This document shows positions 7,755 through 15,982 of a stretch of DNA of 20,000 nt, piece after piece. The DNA comes from an uncultured virus (IMG/VR IMGVR_UViG_3300031994_000090). Lineage: Duplodnaviria > Heunggongvirae > Uroviricota > Caudoviricetes. Each line of letters begins with the position of its first letter. Positions within the stretch are counted from its first letter, which is position 1. Under the pieces are notes generated by a model. The model was given only the letters and a program-made list of their open reading frames with translations. It was not told the origin of the DNA and searched no databases. The stretch lies in the IMG/VR virus record IMGVR_UViG_3300031994_000090. One strand, written 5' to 3'. The translations under genes were made by a program, and so were the position numbers.

Positions 7755-7958
7755 TTACGGCTTAATAGTTTTTCTGGTTATTTTATGGGATTGTACCCAT
7801 GCTTTTGCTTCGCTCAGCTTATGGAAGATAAGGGGAGCCCATTCTCCTTTTACTGTCGGTTCTGTAACATCTACCCACCACAAGAGCCCGAGTAGTCTTT
7901 TCTGGATTTTGAAGTGATGGTAGTGGCCGACGCCTTCGGAAACAATTCTGTACTTCAT
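7755..7958 (-). CDS. Hypothetical protein (start MKYRIV)
   Basis: ATGA overlap with upstream gene. Confidence 0.7.
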   Translation of the reverse strand: MKYRIVSEGVGHYHHFKIQKRLLGLLWWVDVTEPTVKGEWAPLIFHKLSEAKAWVQSHKITRKTIKP

Positions 7959-8353
7959 AATATACCTCCCCATATTTCTCCGGGATGCGGATTATCAAAT
8001 TCCGGATTATGGAAATGCTCGCAACCCTCAACAATCGAAGGCATCTGCTCCCAGTTATCATCGTCGATATTCCGCAATTCTTCCTTCTTCCATTCTGCGC
8101 AGAGCGGAGTGAATAGGAGGCAGTTCTTTGCTTCGCATACACGGACCGGTACTCTACTCGTGAGCCCCGGAGCCTTCTCTACTTCTTGCTTCTCGTCCGT
8201 CTGCGTGTAGTGTACGCAAAACTCCCAACATTGCGGCTTATTCTTGGGGTTCTCGTGGCAAAGCCTTTCGTGCCGAGAAAGAGCCCCGGCATTAAGTGAG
8301 ACCTTACCGCAATGCTCACATTGATACACTTTTATGTTAGTGAGTGTTTTCAT
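7955..8353 (-). CDS. Cys/His-rich zinc-finger protein
   Basis: YQCEHCGK.......HE..C plus further Cys clusters. Confidence 0.75.
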   Translation of the reverse strand: MKTLTNIKVYQCEHCGKVSLNAGALSRHERLCHENPKNKPQCWEFCVHYTQTDEKQEVEKAPGLTSRVPVRVCEAKNCLLFTPLCAEWKKEELRNIDDDNWEQMPSIVEGCEHFHNPEFDNPHPGEIWGGIL

Positions 8354-8817
8354 AGTTTTGAACAGTAATAACAGTATCTATAACCACGATTAACACGCCT
8401 TTTCAGGCAGCATTGACACCATTCGGGATTACCCTTCCGACTATCTAACTCTTGCTGTGTTAACTCTACGTTAAGGTTTTGCTTCCGGTTGATAATCTTG
8501 TTATGCCGAGGATGGTATTTTTGAATCATTTCGTACTCCTTATTGAGCATATCTTGCTCATTATCGAAGCGAAACTCCTCCTTGAACTCGAATGGTTTTC
8601 CGTGCATTGAGTGGTAATACCATCTGGAGTATGGGTGTTGAATGGTAGTCCCAACATAAACAACCTTTCCGTTGGCATACCCGAAATACACAATGTATTT
8701 GTCTTTCCGCCGTGTATAATCCTTTACCTCTTGCAAGAAGGATTCGTAGTCTTTGGGGCCATCTACCCGTTTCTTGTAGTAACTATATAACCCATTCTGG
8801 TAATCGGTCCACCTCAT
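8350..8817 (-). CDS. GIY-YIG-family nuclease with C-terminal zinc ribbon
   Basis: YIVY-x-VVYVGTT...R...H...E..MI....P..N; C-terminal CxCC...CxxC. Confidence 0.75.
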   Translation of the reverse strand: MRWTDYQNGLYSYYKKRVDGPKDYESFLQEVKDYTRRKDKYIVYFGYANGKVVYVGTTIQHPYSRWYYHSMHGKPFEFKEEFRFDNEQDMLNKEYEMIQKYHPRHNKIINRKQNLNVELTQQELDSRKGNPEWCQCCLKRRVNRGYRYCYYCSKL

Positions 8818-8820
8818 AAC

Positions 8821-9012
8821 TTATCCATCTTTCTTCTCGCCAACAACAGGAGTCGTGTCGGTAACTTTAACCCATGAACCATCGAATGGCGAATCCGTGT
8901 CTATATCTATCACAACCTTCGCAGAATGTCCCAGGTCACTGATAGTGATTAGTTCCCTCGCACGAGCATAGCACTCTGCGAGGGATGCGCAATTCAGTTC
9001 GATGTGTTTCAT
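8821..9012 (-). CDS. Hypothetical protein
   Basis: 63 aa, tightly packed. Confidence 0.65.
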   Translation of the reverse strand: MKHIELNCASLAECYARARELITISDLGHSAKVVIDIDTDSPFDGSWVKVTDTTPVVGEKKDG

Positions 9013-9013
9013 G

Positions 9014-9295
9014 CTATTCGCCCTTCAAATACGCCATTATAGGTGGCCAGATAACATTGAACACCTCTCGCTTTTCGGGTGGAACATCATCGATTGTAAC
9101 ACACTCGGCAAGGACGAGGTAAGGAGGCATCCCGATGGCGTCACAAATGGCGTAGAAATTCTCCTTGGTCGGGAGGGAAAGATTGTTTTCGATATTGTAC
9201 AAAGCCGTTATGGAAATACCGGCTTTCTCGGCGACATTCTTTCGCTTTAGCCTCTTCTCTTTACGGAGCCGCTTAATGGTGCTTCCTAAATCCAT
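9014..9295 (-). CDS. XRE-family helix-turn-helix transcriptional regulator
   Basis: LGSTIKRLRKEK.....VAEKAGIS...LYNIENN...P. Confidence 0.9.
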   Translation of the reverse strand: MDLGSTIKRLRKEKRLKRKNVAEKAGISITALYNIENNLSLPTKENFYAICDAIGMPPYLVLAECVTIDDVPPEKREVFNVIWPPIMAYLKGE

Positions 9296-9296
9296 A

Positions 9297-9776
9297 CTAC
9301 CTCTCCTCCACTATTTCGCAACCGGCGGAGCAGATGTAGTCGATATGCCCGGGCTCATCCTCGATGCCGAAAAACACTACGTCTTCGGGAGCCTTCTTAA
9401 GCCTCACGACCTTATAGATGCCACCGGCATGCTTTACCTTGAAAGGAACCGTTACGGGCTTGCCAACCTTGGCAAAATGTTCCTTGACGTCCTTAAGCAA
9501 CGCCACGAGGGCATCTATTTCTGTGTCGCCAAACCCGCAGACACCTTCTTGAAGGTTGTCGCCAATCAGAAGGGAGACTTGATTTCCGTCCATTGTAGGC
9601 TCAATGGCGCACTCGTAGGCAATTCTGCCCATCAGTTCCTTTTCGGCCCTTTGTGCGCCAATCTGGGCGCCATAGCAGACCGCTGTGTGCACTAAATCCC
9701 AAGTGAGTGTCGGATTGTACGCCTTTACGGACTCAACGTGCTCCTGGGCGATTTCGTCGATTGTTTTCATTGTCAT
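9297..9776 (-). CDS. Hypothetical protein (start 9776 or 9770)
   Basis: 159 aa; contains LLIGDNLQEGVCGFGDT...A motif recalled from phage proteins. Confidence 0.7.
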   Translation of the reverse strand: MTMKTIDEIAQEHVESVKAYNPTLTWDLVHTAVCYGAQIGAQRAEKELMGRIAYECAIEPTMDGNQVSLLIGDNLQEGVCGFGDTEIDALVALLKDVKEHFAKVGKPVTVPFKVKHAGGIYKVVRLKKAPEDVVFFGIEDEPGHIDYICSAGCEIVEER

Positions 9777-10008
9777 TTATCTTTTCTGAAATTTTTCCCA
9801 AAACATTGATAATCCCCACCGCCAGATAGTACGCGGCGGGGAAGATGTTAACACCCGGTATCGCCCCGGCGAGGAATGCTTTGTATATCCCCGTCGAGCT
9901 GAGCCGGCATCCCTCCTTCAGTAGCCTCCGCACATTCCTTGTAGTGTAGAACGTGCAGATAGCCAAAGGAAGGAGGTAGAGAATAAGGATGATGCTATCT
10001 GCTTTCAT
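9733..10008 (-). CDS. Hypothetical membrane protein
   Basis: Two hydrophobic segments, PGVN turn. Confidence 0.65.
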   Translation of the reverse strand: MKADSIILILYLLPLAICTFYTTRNVRRLLKEGCRLSSTGIYKAFLAGAIPGVNIFPAAYYLAVGIINVLGKISEKINDNENNRRNRPGAR

Positions 10009-10195
10009 TCCTCTTTTGGTAGGTTATAGATAACGTCCAGAGGAACCAGGATACATAGAGATTGTATTCCTTGCCAAAATTTGCCTTCACATAGCGAAAG
10101 GCGATGCCGGGAATGAACTCTATGCAGAAGTACCTGAAATCCTTTCTGGATGCGCAGTTCTTCTCAATTCCAATATGCAGGTTGCCGATTCTCAT
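9995..10195 (-). CDS. Hypothetical protein
   Basis: 66 aa, overlaps neighbours. Confidence 0.6.
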   Translation of the reverse strand: MRIGNLHIGIEKNCASRKDFRYFCIEFIPGIAFRYVKANFGKEYNLYVSWFLWTLSITYQKRNESR

Positions 10196-10359
10196 TACTC
10201 CTCCTCTTTTACGGAATAGCCACGACGTTCCAGTTCGGTAACGAGCGCATCCGTCGAGGCGTCGTCAATATGGCTGTCAACATATTTCTCTTTCTCTTGC
10301 CAAGACAAGGAAGCATATACCTCATCTGCGTCAATGGTAATCTTAATTTCTGCGTCCAT
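10195..10359 (-). CDS. Hypothetical acidic protein (start MDAEIK)
   Basis: Starts 2 nt after methyltransferase stop; ends LV.ELERRGY. Confidence 0.65.
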   Translation of the reverse strand: MDAEIKITIDADEVYASLSWQEKEKYVDSHIDDASTDALVTELERRGYSVKEEE

Positions 10360-10361
10360 AA

Positions 10362-10871
10362 CTATTCGTGTTTCATAAAACAAATCCAGTGTGTTCCCTG
10401 GGATTTTCCCACCTTATGACCGAAGATTGGTCTTTCCGGGGCGAGGGCAAGGATGCTTTTGACCTTAATGTCGGTGTCACTCCACTTGAAGATTAGGAAC
10501 CCACCGGGTTTCAGTACCCTAAAGCACTCTGCAAAACCCTTTTCAAGATAGTCCCTCCAGTCCTTGCGTAGTTCGCCGTATTCCGCATACAAGTCACCGC
10601 GTCTTTCGTGAGAGGCGTTATCGTCCTTGGAGTAGTACACCATGTGTGGCGGGTCAAAGACCACCATGGCGAAAGTATTGTCCGGGTATGGCATATTGCG
10701 GAAGTCCGCAACCACATCTGGATGCACCTTAAAAAGTCCGCCCTTACAGAGCGGGACCTCTTCGTCCCTTATGTCTTGGAAAAGAACACGCTCATCTTCC
10801 TTGTCGAAGTAAAACATCCTCCCGCCGCAACAGGCGTCAAGTATCGGGGGGGGGTAATTCAAATTTTTCAT
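10362..10871 (-). CDS. Class I SAM-dependent methyltransferase, probable amino (N6-A/N4-C) DNA MTase
   Basis: ILDACCG motif I, VVFDPPH motif IV, RVLKPGG; small phage-type MTase without evident TRD. Confidence 0.85.
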   Translation of the reverse strand: MKNLNYPPPILDACCGGRMFYFDKEDERVLFQDIRDEEVPLCKGGLFKVHPDVVADFRNMPYPDNTFAMVVFDPPHMVYYSKDDNASHERRGDLYAEYGELRKDWRDYLEKGFAECFRVLKPGGFLIFKWSDTDIKVKSILALAPERPIFGHKVGKSQGTHWICFMKHE

Positions 10872-11038
10872 TTCTCTACCTCCTTATAATCCAACGCATC
10901 GAAAGCCCCTTGCAGATAGGCTTGCTCAATGTCGGTCTGGTCTAATTCATACCCACCGGCGGCGGCTTGATGATACACGCTGCGGGCGTATCGCTTACCC
11001 TTCTGCGTGAGTTCCTTTGGTACTTCTGTTGTTGCCAT
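10868..11038 (-). CDS. Hypothetical protein (start MATTEV)
   Basis: ATGA overlap with MTase; AY..GA motif. Confidence 0.6.
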   Translation of the reverse strand: MATTEVPKELTQKGKRYARSVYHQAAAGGYELDQTDIEQAYLQGAFDALDYKEVEK

Positions 11039-11069
11039 GATAATTAGGTTTATTCTTTCGGCTTTTGTG

Positions 11070-11285
11070 TCATACCCGCATCCCCTCCGGGTATTTGGTG
11101 GCAAGAGGGCGATAGTTTTCCGGGGCCTTCTTCCCGCAGACTGGGCAGACCATATCGGGTATCACATGCTTGTGAAAATACTCATCATCGTAGCCGGAGC
11201 GCTCCATTGTATGCCCGCAGTGTTCGCACTCGAAAACGGCATAGAAATCGCGGCGGTTCTGCGACTTAATTTCCTTGATTTTCAT
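11070..11285 (-). CDS. Zinc-ribbon protein
   Basis: CEHCG...CPVCGK; NRRDF.A.FECEHC motif. Confidence 0.8.
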   Translation of the reverse strand: MKIKEIKSQNRRDFYAVFECEHCGHTMERSGYDDEYFHKHVIPDMVCPVCGKKAPENYRPLATKYPEGMRV

Positions 11286-11433
11286 TGCGTTTCTTCAATC
11301 TGTTTAACACTTCTTTGTAGTATGCCTCCTCCGTGGGATAGCGCCCGGTCTCGTGAGTGAGAATGGCATCCGCAGTCCTCACAACCTCCCGGACATCTAT
11401 CCACGTGAGTTGGTCAAGAATCTTCGTCTTCAT
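11266..11433 (-). CDS. Small hypothetical protein, 55 aa (not in ORF track)
   Basis: MKTKILDQLTWIDVREVVRTADAILTHETGRYPTEEAYYKEVLNRLKKRNENQGN; fills the gap and overlaps both neighbours. Confidence 0.65.
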   Translation of the reverse strand: MKTKILDQLTWIDVREVVRTADAILTHETGRYPTEEAYYKEVLNRLKKRNENQGN

Positions 11434-12451
11434 CTGTAAAAAGCATAGGGTATTCCTCGTTAGAGTGGAAGCCGGAAATGGTATCGTCGGAGTAGATGAA
11501 CCATTTCATGAAGTCCTCGGCGTTGCGGAAGAGCGCCCGGCGCTCTTCCGAGCATTGCGAGAGGAAGATTGCCATCCTCTTTGTGTACTCACGAACGAAG
11601 ATGGGATACCTCCTTGCGTCTCGCGCCCTGGATGCCGTGTCTGCCAGAGGGCAGAGGATGCACCCAAGCCTTGAATACCCCTCGTTGTAGAGTTTGCAGT
11701 ACGGCAGTTTGAAAAGCCGTATGAGCATCCAGACATCGGCATCGGTCCACTCCCATATCGGGGATAAGATAACCTTCTCTGCACCCCTTACGCACCCGAG
11801 AACGGTCTGCGCATCTACTTCAAAGAGGTCAACGTGCTTGACGTACTTCTTTCCGCCCTTGACCACCACCGAATGCTCGCCAACCTCCTTGGGGTGCTTC
11901 TTCGTACCGAGGAAAGTTTTCTTTCCTCCGAAGGCTTTGAGCGGCGTAGGGTTCTGCTTCGCCCGCCGGTCACTCTCTGCAACTCGCAGTCCGGTGGCGA
12001 CTACCTCACCATGGCCGGAGAACTCCTTGAAGATGTCACAACACCATCGGTGGTCTCTGGACGGGGCCCCGTGTTTCGTGAGTTCCGTGAGGAAGTTCAT
12101 TGTCTTTCCGTCGGGCCCCTTCGGAGGAAGATTAAGGCGGACACGGCCAGTGGAAACGTACACCTCTCGAATGAAAGCCATCAACTCCGGAGGGTCGATG
12201 GTCGTGCACTGCATTTCGGCATGGAACTTCACGTCTGCGTGTTCAAAGAGCCAAAGAAGCGCCATTGAATCCTTTCCGCCAGAAAAGGCTACATTGAAGC
12301 CGCCCTCGGGGTTGTATTCAAGCGCAAGGAGTTCCGCCTTCTTTATGAGCGATATTGCTCTCTCAATTTTATATCGCAGTTGGGGGGGGGTAATCCTTAA
12401 TGCTTCCTCAAGGGAAATCTTCGGCTCCACTCCATACTGCTTACTGCTCAT
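11414..12451 (-). CDS. Phosphoadenosine phosphosulfate (PAPS) reductase-family protein
   Basis: VAFSGGKDS PP-loop, RWCC, G.R..ES..R, PI.EW, RLGCILCP (CC...CxxC Fe-S signature). Confidence 0.9.
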   Translation of the reverse strand: MSSKQYGVEPKISLEEALRITPPQLRYKIERAISLIKKAELLALEYNPEGGFNVAFSGGKDSMALLWLFEHADVKFHAEMQCTTIDPPELMAFIREVYVSTGRVRLNLPPKGPDGKTMNFLTELTKHGAPSRDHRWCCDIFKEFSGHGEVVATGLRVAESDRRAKQNPTPLKAFGGKKTFLGTKKHPKEVGEHSVVVKGGKKYVKHVDLFEVDAQTVLGCVRGAEKVILSPIWEWTDADVWMLIRLFKLPYCKLYNEGYSRLGCILCPLADTASRARDARRYPIFVREYTKRMAIFLSQCSEERRALFRNAEDFMKWFIYSDDTISGFHSNEEYPMLFTDEDEDS

Positions 12452-12698
12452 CCTCTTGCATCAGTTTCTCCGCTTCGATAAGCGAATTGAGGGCACTATC
12501 CAGCGGCTTGGAGACCTTCTTGTACTGCTCCGGCTCCTTGTCTTTCAGGTAGCCAATGAGGCAGAAAAGACTCTCAAAGGAATCATGGAGGAGGGATTCG
12601 CGCTCACTCTCCGGTTCCTCTGCGGTTTTGGCGATGAACACCATAAACACGATGCCGATAATAACGGCGACAACAATGATTGCGATGATTGCTTTCAT
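12441..12698 (-). CDS. Hypothetical membrane-anchored protein
   Basis: N-terminal TM. Confidence 0.7.
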   Translation of the reverse strand: MKAIIAIIVVAVIIGIVFMVFIAKTAEEPESERESLLHDSFESLFCLIGYLKDKEPEQYKKVSKPLDSALNSLIEAEKLMQEDEQ

Positions 12699-12880
12699 TT
12701 CACTTCAAGGTTTTTGATGTAAGCGGGGACTGGGCGGGGCTTCCAACACCCTTTCACTGCATCGAGGGCAAAGTCTGCATCGTGCATCCAGCACGAGGGC
12801 ATATCGAAGCAAGTTGAACACTCGTGGCGAACCGGCTTCAGTTTCGCTTGCATCTGGTTATACTTTTCTTCTACGGTCAT
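12695..12880 (-). CDS. Small Cys-containing hypothetical protein (start MTVEEK)
   Basis: CxxC...C...C; ATGA overlap downstream. Confidence 0.6.
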   Translation of the reverse strand: MTVEEKYNQMQAKLKPVRHECSTCFDMPSCWMHDADFALDAVKGCWKPRPVPAYIKNLEVK

Positions 12881-12881
12881 T

Positions 12882-13403
12882 TTATTGTTGTGGTTTGAAA
12901 TCGTAGTAGCAGTGGAACTCTCCCTTCCGCTCGCCACGCTTCATCTTTTCGAGCCTGGTTGCACGATGGGTGTCTGGAGTAAAGTAGGCGACCTTCTGAA
13001 CCTCATCCACGACATACCCGAGGTGTCGTAGGTAGGAAGTCTGGTCGTGATAATGCTTGGTGCCGTGCCGGAGACGCATCTTCGTCTGTTGCGGAAGGCC
13101 CCAACGGGCCAGCATATCCTCGGTCTTGTATCGGGCCTTGTAAGAGGCTACGCGCTTCGCTACGGCCTCCGGAGTGTAACAGGCAGAGGAATCCCCACCA
13201 CGGGCGAGATTCGACGCCTTACCGGCCTTTACGCCCATGTTGTGAAGATGCTCCGGAGATTTCCTCAAATGGTATCTGGACTGGATGCGGTCGATGCTCG
13301 AAAGACCTACGCCAGTGAGTTCCCGGATTTCCTTCTTCGTGTGGTCCGGGAACAGACGGATAACGAGGCGTATCTGCTCGCTTGTGAGTGGAACACCGGT
13401 CAT
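12882..13403 (-). CDS. HTH-containing DNA-binding protein
   Basis: N-terminal LTSEQI...FPDHTKKEI...GVGLSSI......HLRKS helix-turn-helix pattern; basic. Confidence 0.65.
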   Translation of the reverse strand: MTGVPLTSEQIRLVIRLFPDHTKKEIRELTGVGLSSIDRIQSRYHLRKSPEHLHNMGVKAGKASNLARGGDSSACYTPEAVAKRVASYKARYKTEDMLARWGLPQQTKMRLRHGTKHYHDQTSYLRHLGYVVDEVQKVAYFTPDTHRATRLEKMKRGERKGEFHCYYDFKPQQ

Positions 13404-13528
13404 AACTCGATGCTCCAGTAGAGCCAGACAAGGAAGATACGCCGCCCCATGTAGGACCTGGCAACTATGATTGTCGGCAGAACGTAGAACTGACTGCCTT
13501 CCTTCCGGTTAAGATTCGTGAACTTCAT
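13400..13528 (-). CDS. Small hypothetical protein (start MKFTNL)
   Basis: 42 aa; FYVLPTI...WL.W pattern; ATGA overlap. Confidence 0.5.
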   Translation of the reverse strand: MKFTNLNRKEGSQFYVLPTIIVARSYMGRRIFLVWLYWSIEL

Positions 13529-13712
13529 TGTCTCGCGGTTTGAGGAAATCACAACTTTCGGTCTTGGGGTTGACGAGCGCGACCTTGTGCCCGCAGTAGC
13601 ACTTGTCAACATACTCCGGCTGCATGGTCTCGTTGGCATCATCGTACCACTCGCCGATTTGGACCTTCTTCACGAGGTCGAGGCGACACAGCTTGCAGTC
13701 CTTGCATTTCAT
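13509..13712 (-). CDS. Small Cys-rich protein (start MKCKDC)
   Basis: CKDCKLC...C...CDF; ATGA overlap. Confidence 0.65.
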   Translation of the reverse strand: MKCKDCKLCRLDLVKKVQIGEWYDDANETMQPEYVDKCYCGHKVALVNPKTESCDFLKPRDNEVHES

Positions 13713-14137
13713 TTCAGTTTCCATTTGGGCAGTGAAGGGTTGAAGGCTCCGGGGACTCTGGCGATATTCTTGATGTTCATGGTGATGCCCTCCGGAAGAT
13801 TATCCTTCGGATTGACCATGAAGGCATCAGGATAGCCGGTATATGTAATTGCGTAGTCGAGAAGGTCTTCGAGATTATCTCCAAATAGTTTCTCATCCCG
13901 CCGTGTCGAGTAGTAGTATTTCTTGCGCGTCCTCCCTTGCGTGTATTCCTTCTCTGCGCACTCGAAATGGATGCAGTATTTGCCCTTTGTCGCATCGTAG
14001 TACAGACCCCAGAACACGAGGGAGTACGCGGTGCATTTCTGGCACTGGGCGGTAATCCTTGCGAGGGCCGCTCCGTAGTCATAGGGCGGCACTGGCTTCT
14101 TGAACAGATTAGCCAAACAATCCAAAAGGTTCTTCAT
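13709..14137 (-). CDS. Hypothetical protein (start MKNLLD)
   Basis: 142 aa in operon. Confidence 0.65.
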   Translation of the reverse strand: MKNLLDCLANLFKKPVPPYDYGAALARITAQCQKCTAYSLVFWGLYYDATKGKYCIHFECAEKEYTQGRTRKKYYYSTRRDEKLFGDNLEDLLDYAITYTGYPDAFMVNPKDNLPEGITMNIKNIARVPGAFNPSLPKWKLK

Positions 14138-14615
14138 CTTTCTTCTTCTCCTTTTTGGCTTTAGATTTCTTTCTGGGTTTCGGAGGCTTGATGTTGAGAC
14201 TGAAGGCAATCTCCGGATAGTCAATAGTAGGGTCGAAGACCTCACGGATGGGATGCCCGAAGTATCGCATCATCTTGCGCTTCAAGATATAGTCCTCCGT
14301 GGCGAATCCCTTGATGTCCTCGACAACCTCTTTTCCGTCCTTGATATAGACAAAATCGGCGGCGTATGTGACGGGGTGTTCGCAGAACTTCTCTACAATC
14401 TTCGTCTTGGTCTTCAGTTTGACCTCTACGGCCTCCGTCTGCCTTGGGATGAGGGTAAATACCTTTTGAAGTTGAAGGTCGCTTATAAGGCCCCTTTTCT
14501 GGGCTTCGCGCAGTATGCGGTAGCGGTCAACTTCCGGAGTAGAGTCAAAGGTTATTCCCTCGAACTCCACCTTCTTGGTTCCGTAGTATCTATTCTTAAA
14601 TCCCATTGTCGTCAA
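14109..14615 (-). CDS. DUF1064-family PD-(D/E)xK endonuclease
   Basis: GITFDS..E..RY..L...LQLQ..F.L...Y.ADFVY...VVEDIKG. Confidence 0.88.
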   Translation of the reverse strand: MTTMGFKNRYYGTKKVEFEGITFDSTPEVDRYRILREAQKRGLISDLQLQKVFTLIPRQTEAVEVKLKTKTKIVEKFCEHPVTYAADFVYIKDGKEVVEDIKGFATEDYILKRKMMRYFGHPIREVFDPTIDYPEIAFSLNIKPPKPRKKSKAKKEKKKDEEPFGLFG

Positions 14616-14916
14616 ATAGTTTTGGTTCGGTATCCACCTTACGGCGCTTGCTGTGCTTCGGCCACTCCGTGCGAAGGAACGGGCATCTGGGGCTGTTGAT
14701 AATCTTGTTGACGCGCTTTGTTACGCCATTAGTGAGCATCGAGTCAAGAATTTCCTCGTTGACTCTGCAACGGCCCTTATTGGCATAGCCGGTGATAACC
14801 CTGAACTTGATTATCGGATGCTCGGCCTTGATGCACCGGTCGCAGTTGTGCGCCATCCAATCCATGCCCATCGTCCCGTTTGAGAAGGTGGGGTAGTCGG
14901 TTCTTTTCTTTGCCAT
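14596..14916 (-). CDS. Cys-rich hypothetical protein (start MAKKRT)
   Basis: FSNGT....W...NCDRC.K...C...CP motif. Confidence 0.7.
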   Translation of the reverse strand: MAKKRTDYPTFSNGTMGMDWMAHNCDRCIKAEHPIIKFRVITGYANKGRCRVNEEILDSMLTNGVTKRVNKIINSPRCPFLRTEWPKHSKRRKVDTEPKLFDDNGI

Positions 14917-14917
14917 A

Positions 14918-15112
14918 TTACGAGTCGTCTTCATCACCAACGTCGAGAAGGGCGGTGTCGCCTATCTGTTGGAAACCAATCTTCTTGGACTTATCTTCCT
15001 TCTTTGTCCTCACGTCCAACTCCCTTTCCAGATAGACCGGTATCCCAAACAAGCGCACTTCTTTCGCCCAGCGGGTGTCCGATTGTATTATTGAGATTTG
15101 CAAGATTGCCAT
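14918..15112 (-). CDS. Hypothetical protein
   Basis: 64 aa; LFGIPVY...KKIGF. Confidence 0.6.
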   Translation of the reverse strand: MAILQISIIQSDTRWAKEVRLFGIPVYLERELDVRTKKEDKSKKIGFQQIGDTALLDVGDEDDS

Positions 15113-15157
15113 AGTTGTGCACGGCCCTGCTCACGGCAAGGCGGAATAGTAGATTGT

Positions 15158-15310
15158 TCATACCTTCACTGCGGAGGTCTCGGAAACGATTACGAACATT
15201 CCGGATGGGAGTTTAACCTTCCACTCGCCGGGACGAAACTCCTCCACCACCTCGCCGGTGGCGTAGCCGTTTACTGTCCTCCATCTGATTTTGTCGCCGA
15301 TGCCAATCAT
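15158..15310 (-). CDS. Small SH3/KOW-like beta-barrel protein, 50 aa (not in ORF track)
   Basis: MIGIGDKIRWRTVNGYATGEVVEEFRPGEWKVKLPSGMFVIVSETSAVKV; ATGA overlap with upstream gene. Confidence 0.65.
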   Translation of the reverse strand: MIGIGDKIRWRTVNGYATGEVVEEFRPGEWKVKLPSGMFVIVSETSAVKV

Positions 15311-15786
15311 TTTTCGTCGGGGTATTTCATGTCGAAGTAATTGAAGTCGGCCTCGTCGAACTGGCCGTGGCCCTCCATGTCGTTGAGGGTCTTGAAGATG
15401 GTGTACTGCTGCTCACCATCGTGGTAGGTGCGGTCCAGAAGAAGGAGGGTGAAGCGGGCCAGGGTGTTGGCGTCCGCTTGCCAGTTGTCGTAACTGCGCG
15501 TGCGGTTATCGCCCTCATTGGAGCCCCAGGTGGCATCCGTCACCATCTTGCTTATGAACTCCTCGAAGAAGTACACGGCCCGCTTGACTGCGGTGTAGTA
15601 TTCCTTGAGGGCCCCGAGTTCCGGATTCTCTTTCGAGGTTGCGCCTACACTGCGGAACACTGCGTCTATCCTCTGGGTGGTCCTTGCAAGCTGGAGCATC
15701 GAGGCATCGGCTTGCAGATATAGGGCCTTGAGAGAATTGGCGATGGTGCTCTTGTTGATGATGTAGTCGGTGGCCTTTTCGGCCAT
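15307..15786 (-). CDS. Hypothetical protein (start 15786 or 15807)
   Basis: About 160 aa helical protein. Confidence 0.75.
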   Translation of the reverse strand: MAEKATDYIINKSTIANSLKALYLQADASMLQLARTTQRIDAVFRSVGATSKENPELGALKEYYTAVKRAVYFFEEFISKMVTDATWGSNEGDNRTRSYDNWQADANTLARFTLLLLDRTYHDGEQQYTIFKTLNDMEGHGQFDEADFNYFDMKYPDEK

Positions 15787-15793
15787 GATTTTC

Positions 15794-15964
15794 TTATCCT
15801 TCTTCATCGAGTTTGTATTTTTCTACAAGACAGAGAGGTATCGCGAGCCGCCCCTTGTTATAGAGCGAGGGCCCGCGAACCTCATACTTGCCCTTGATAC
15901 CAGGAAGGGAGATAAACTCCCCATCCTGCGGTTGTCTGTCACGGATGTCTATCCAGTCTTCCAT
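15794..15964 (-). CDS. Small protein with DUF551-like N-terminus, 56 aa (not in ORF track)
   Basis: MEDWIDIRDRQPQDGE... resembles the W-I-x-V-x-D-R-L-P start; fills gap. Confidence 0.55.
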   Translation of the reverse strand: MEDWIDIRDRQPQDGEFISLPGIKGKYEVRGPSLYNKGRLAIPLCLVEKYKLDEEG

Positions 15965-15982
15965 GGAATTGACCAGGCGTCA

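Noticed and set aside
11694..12722. 342-aa plus-strand ORF and other long antisense ORFs (e.g. 16569-17312, 18076-18729, 1248-1904)
   Set aside because: Antisense shadows of well-supported genes; no recognisable motifs
14993..15161. Alternative minus-strand ORF MNNLLFRLAV... starting at an ATGA overlap
   Set aside because: Overlaps most of the more protein-like 14918-15112 ORF in another frame
15182..15196. 14/15 match (GGAAACGATTAYGAA) to 16314-16328
   Set aside because: Single short same-strand match inside a coding region; compatible with chance
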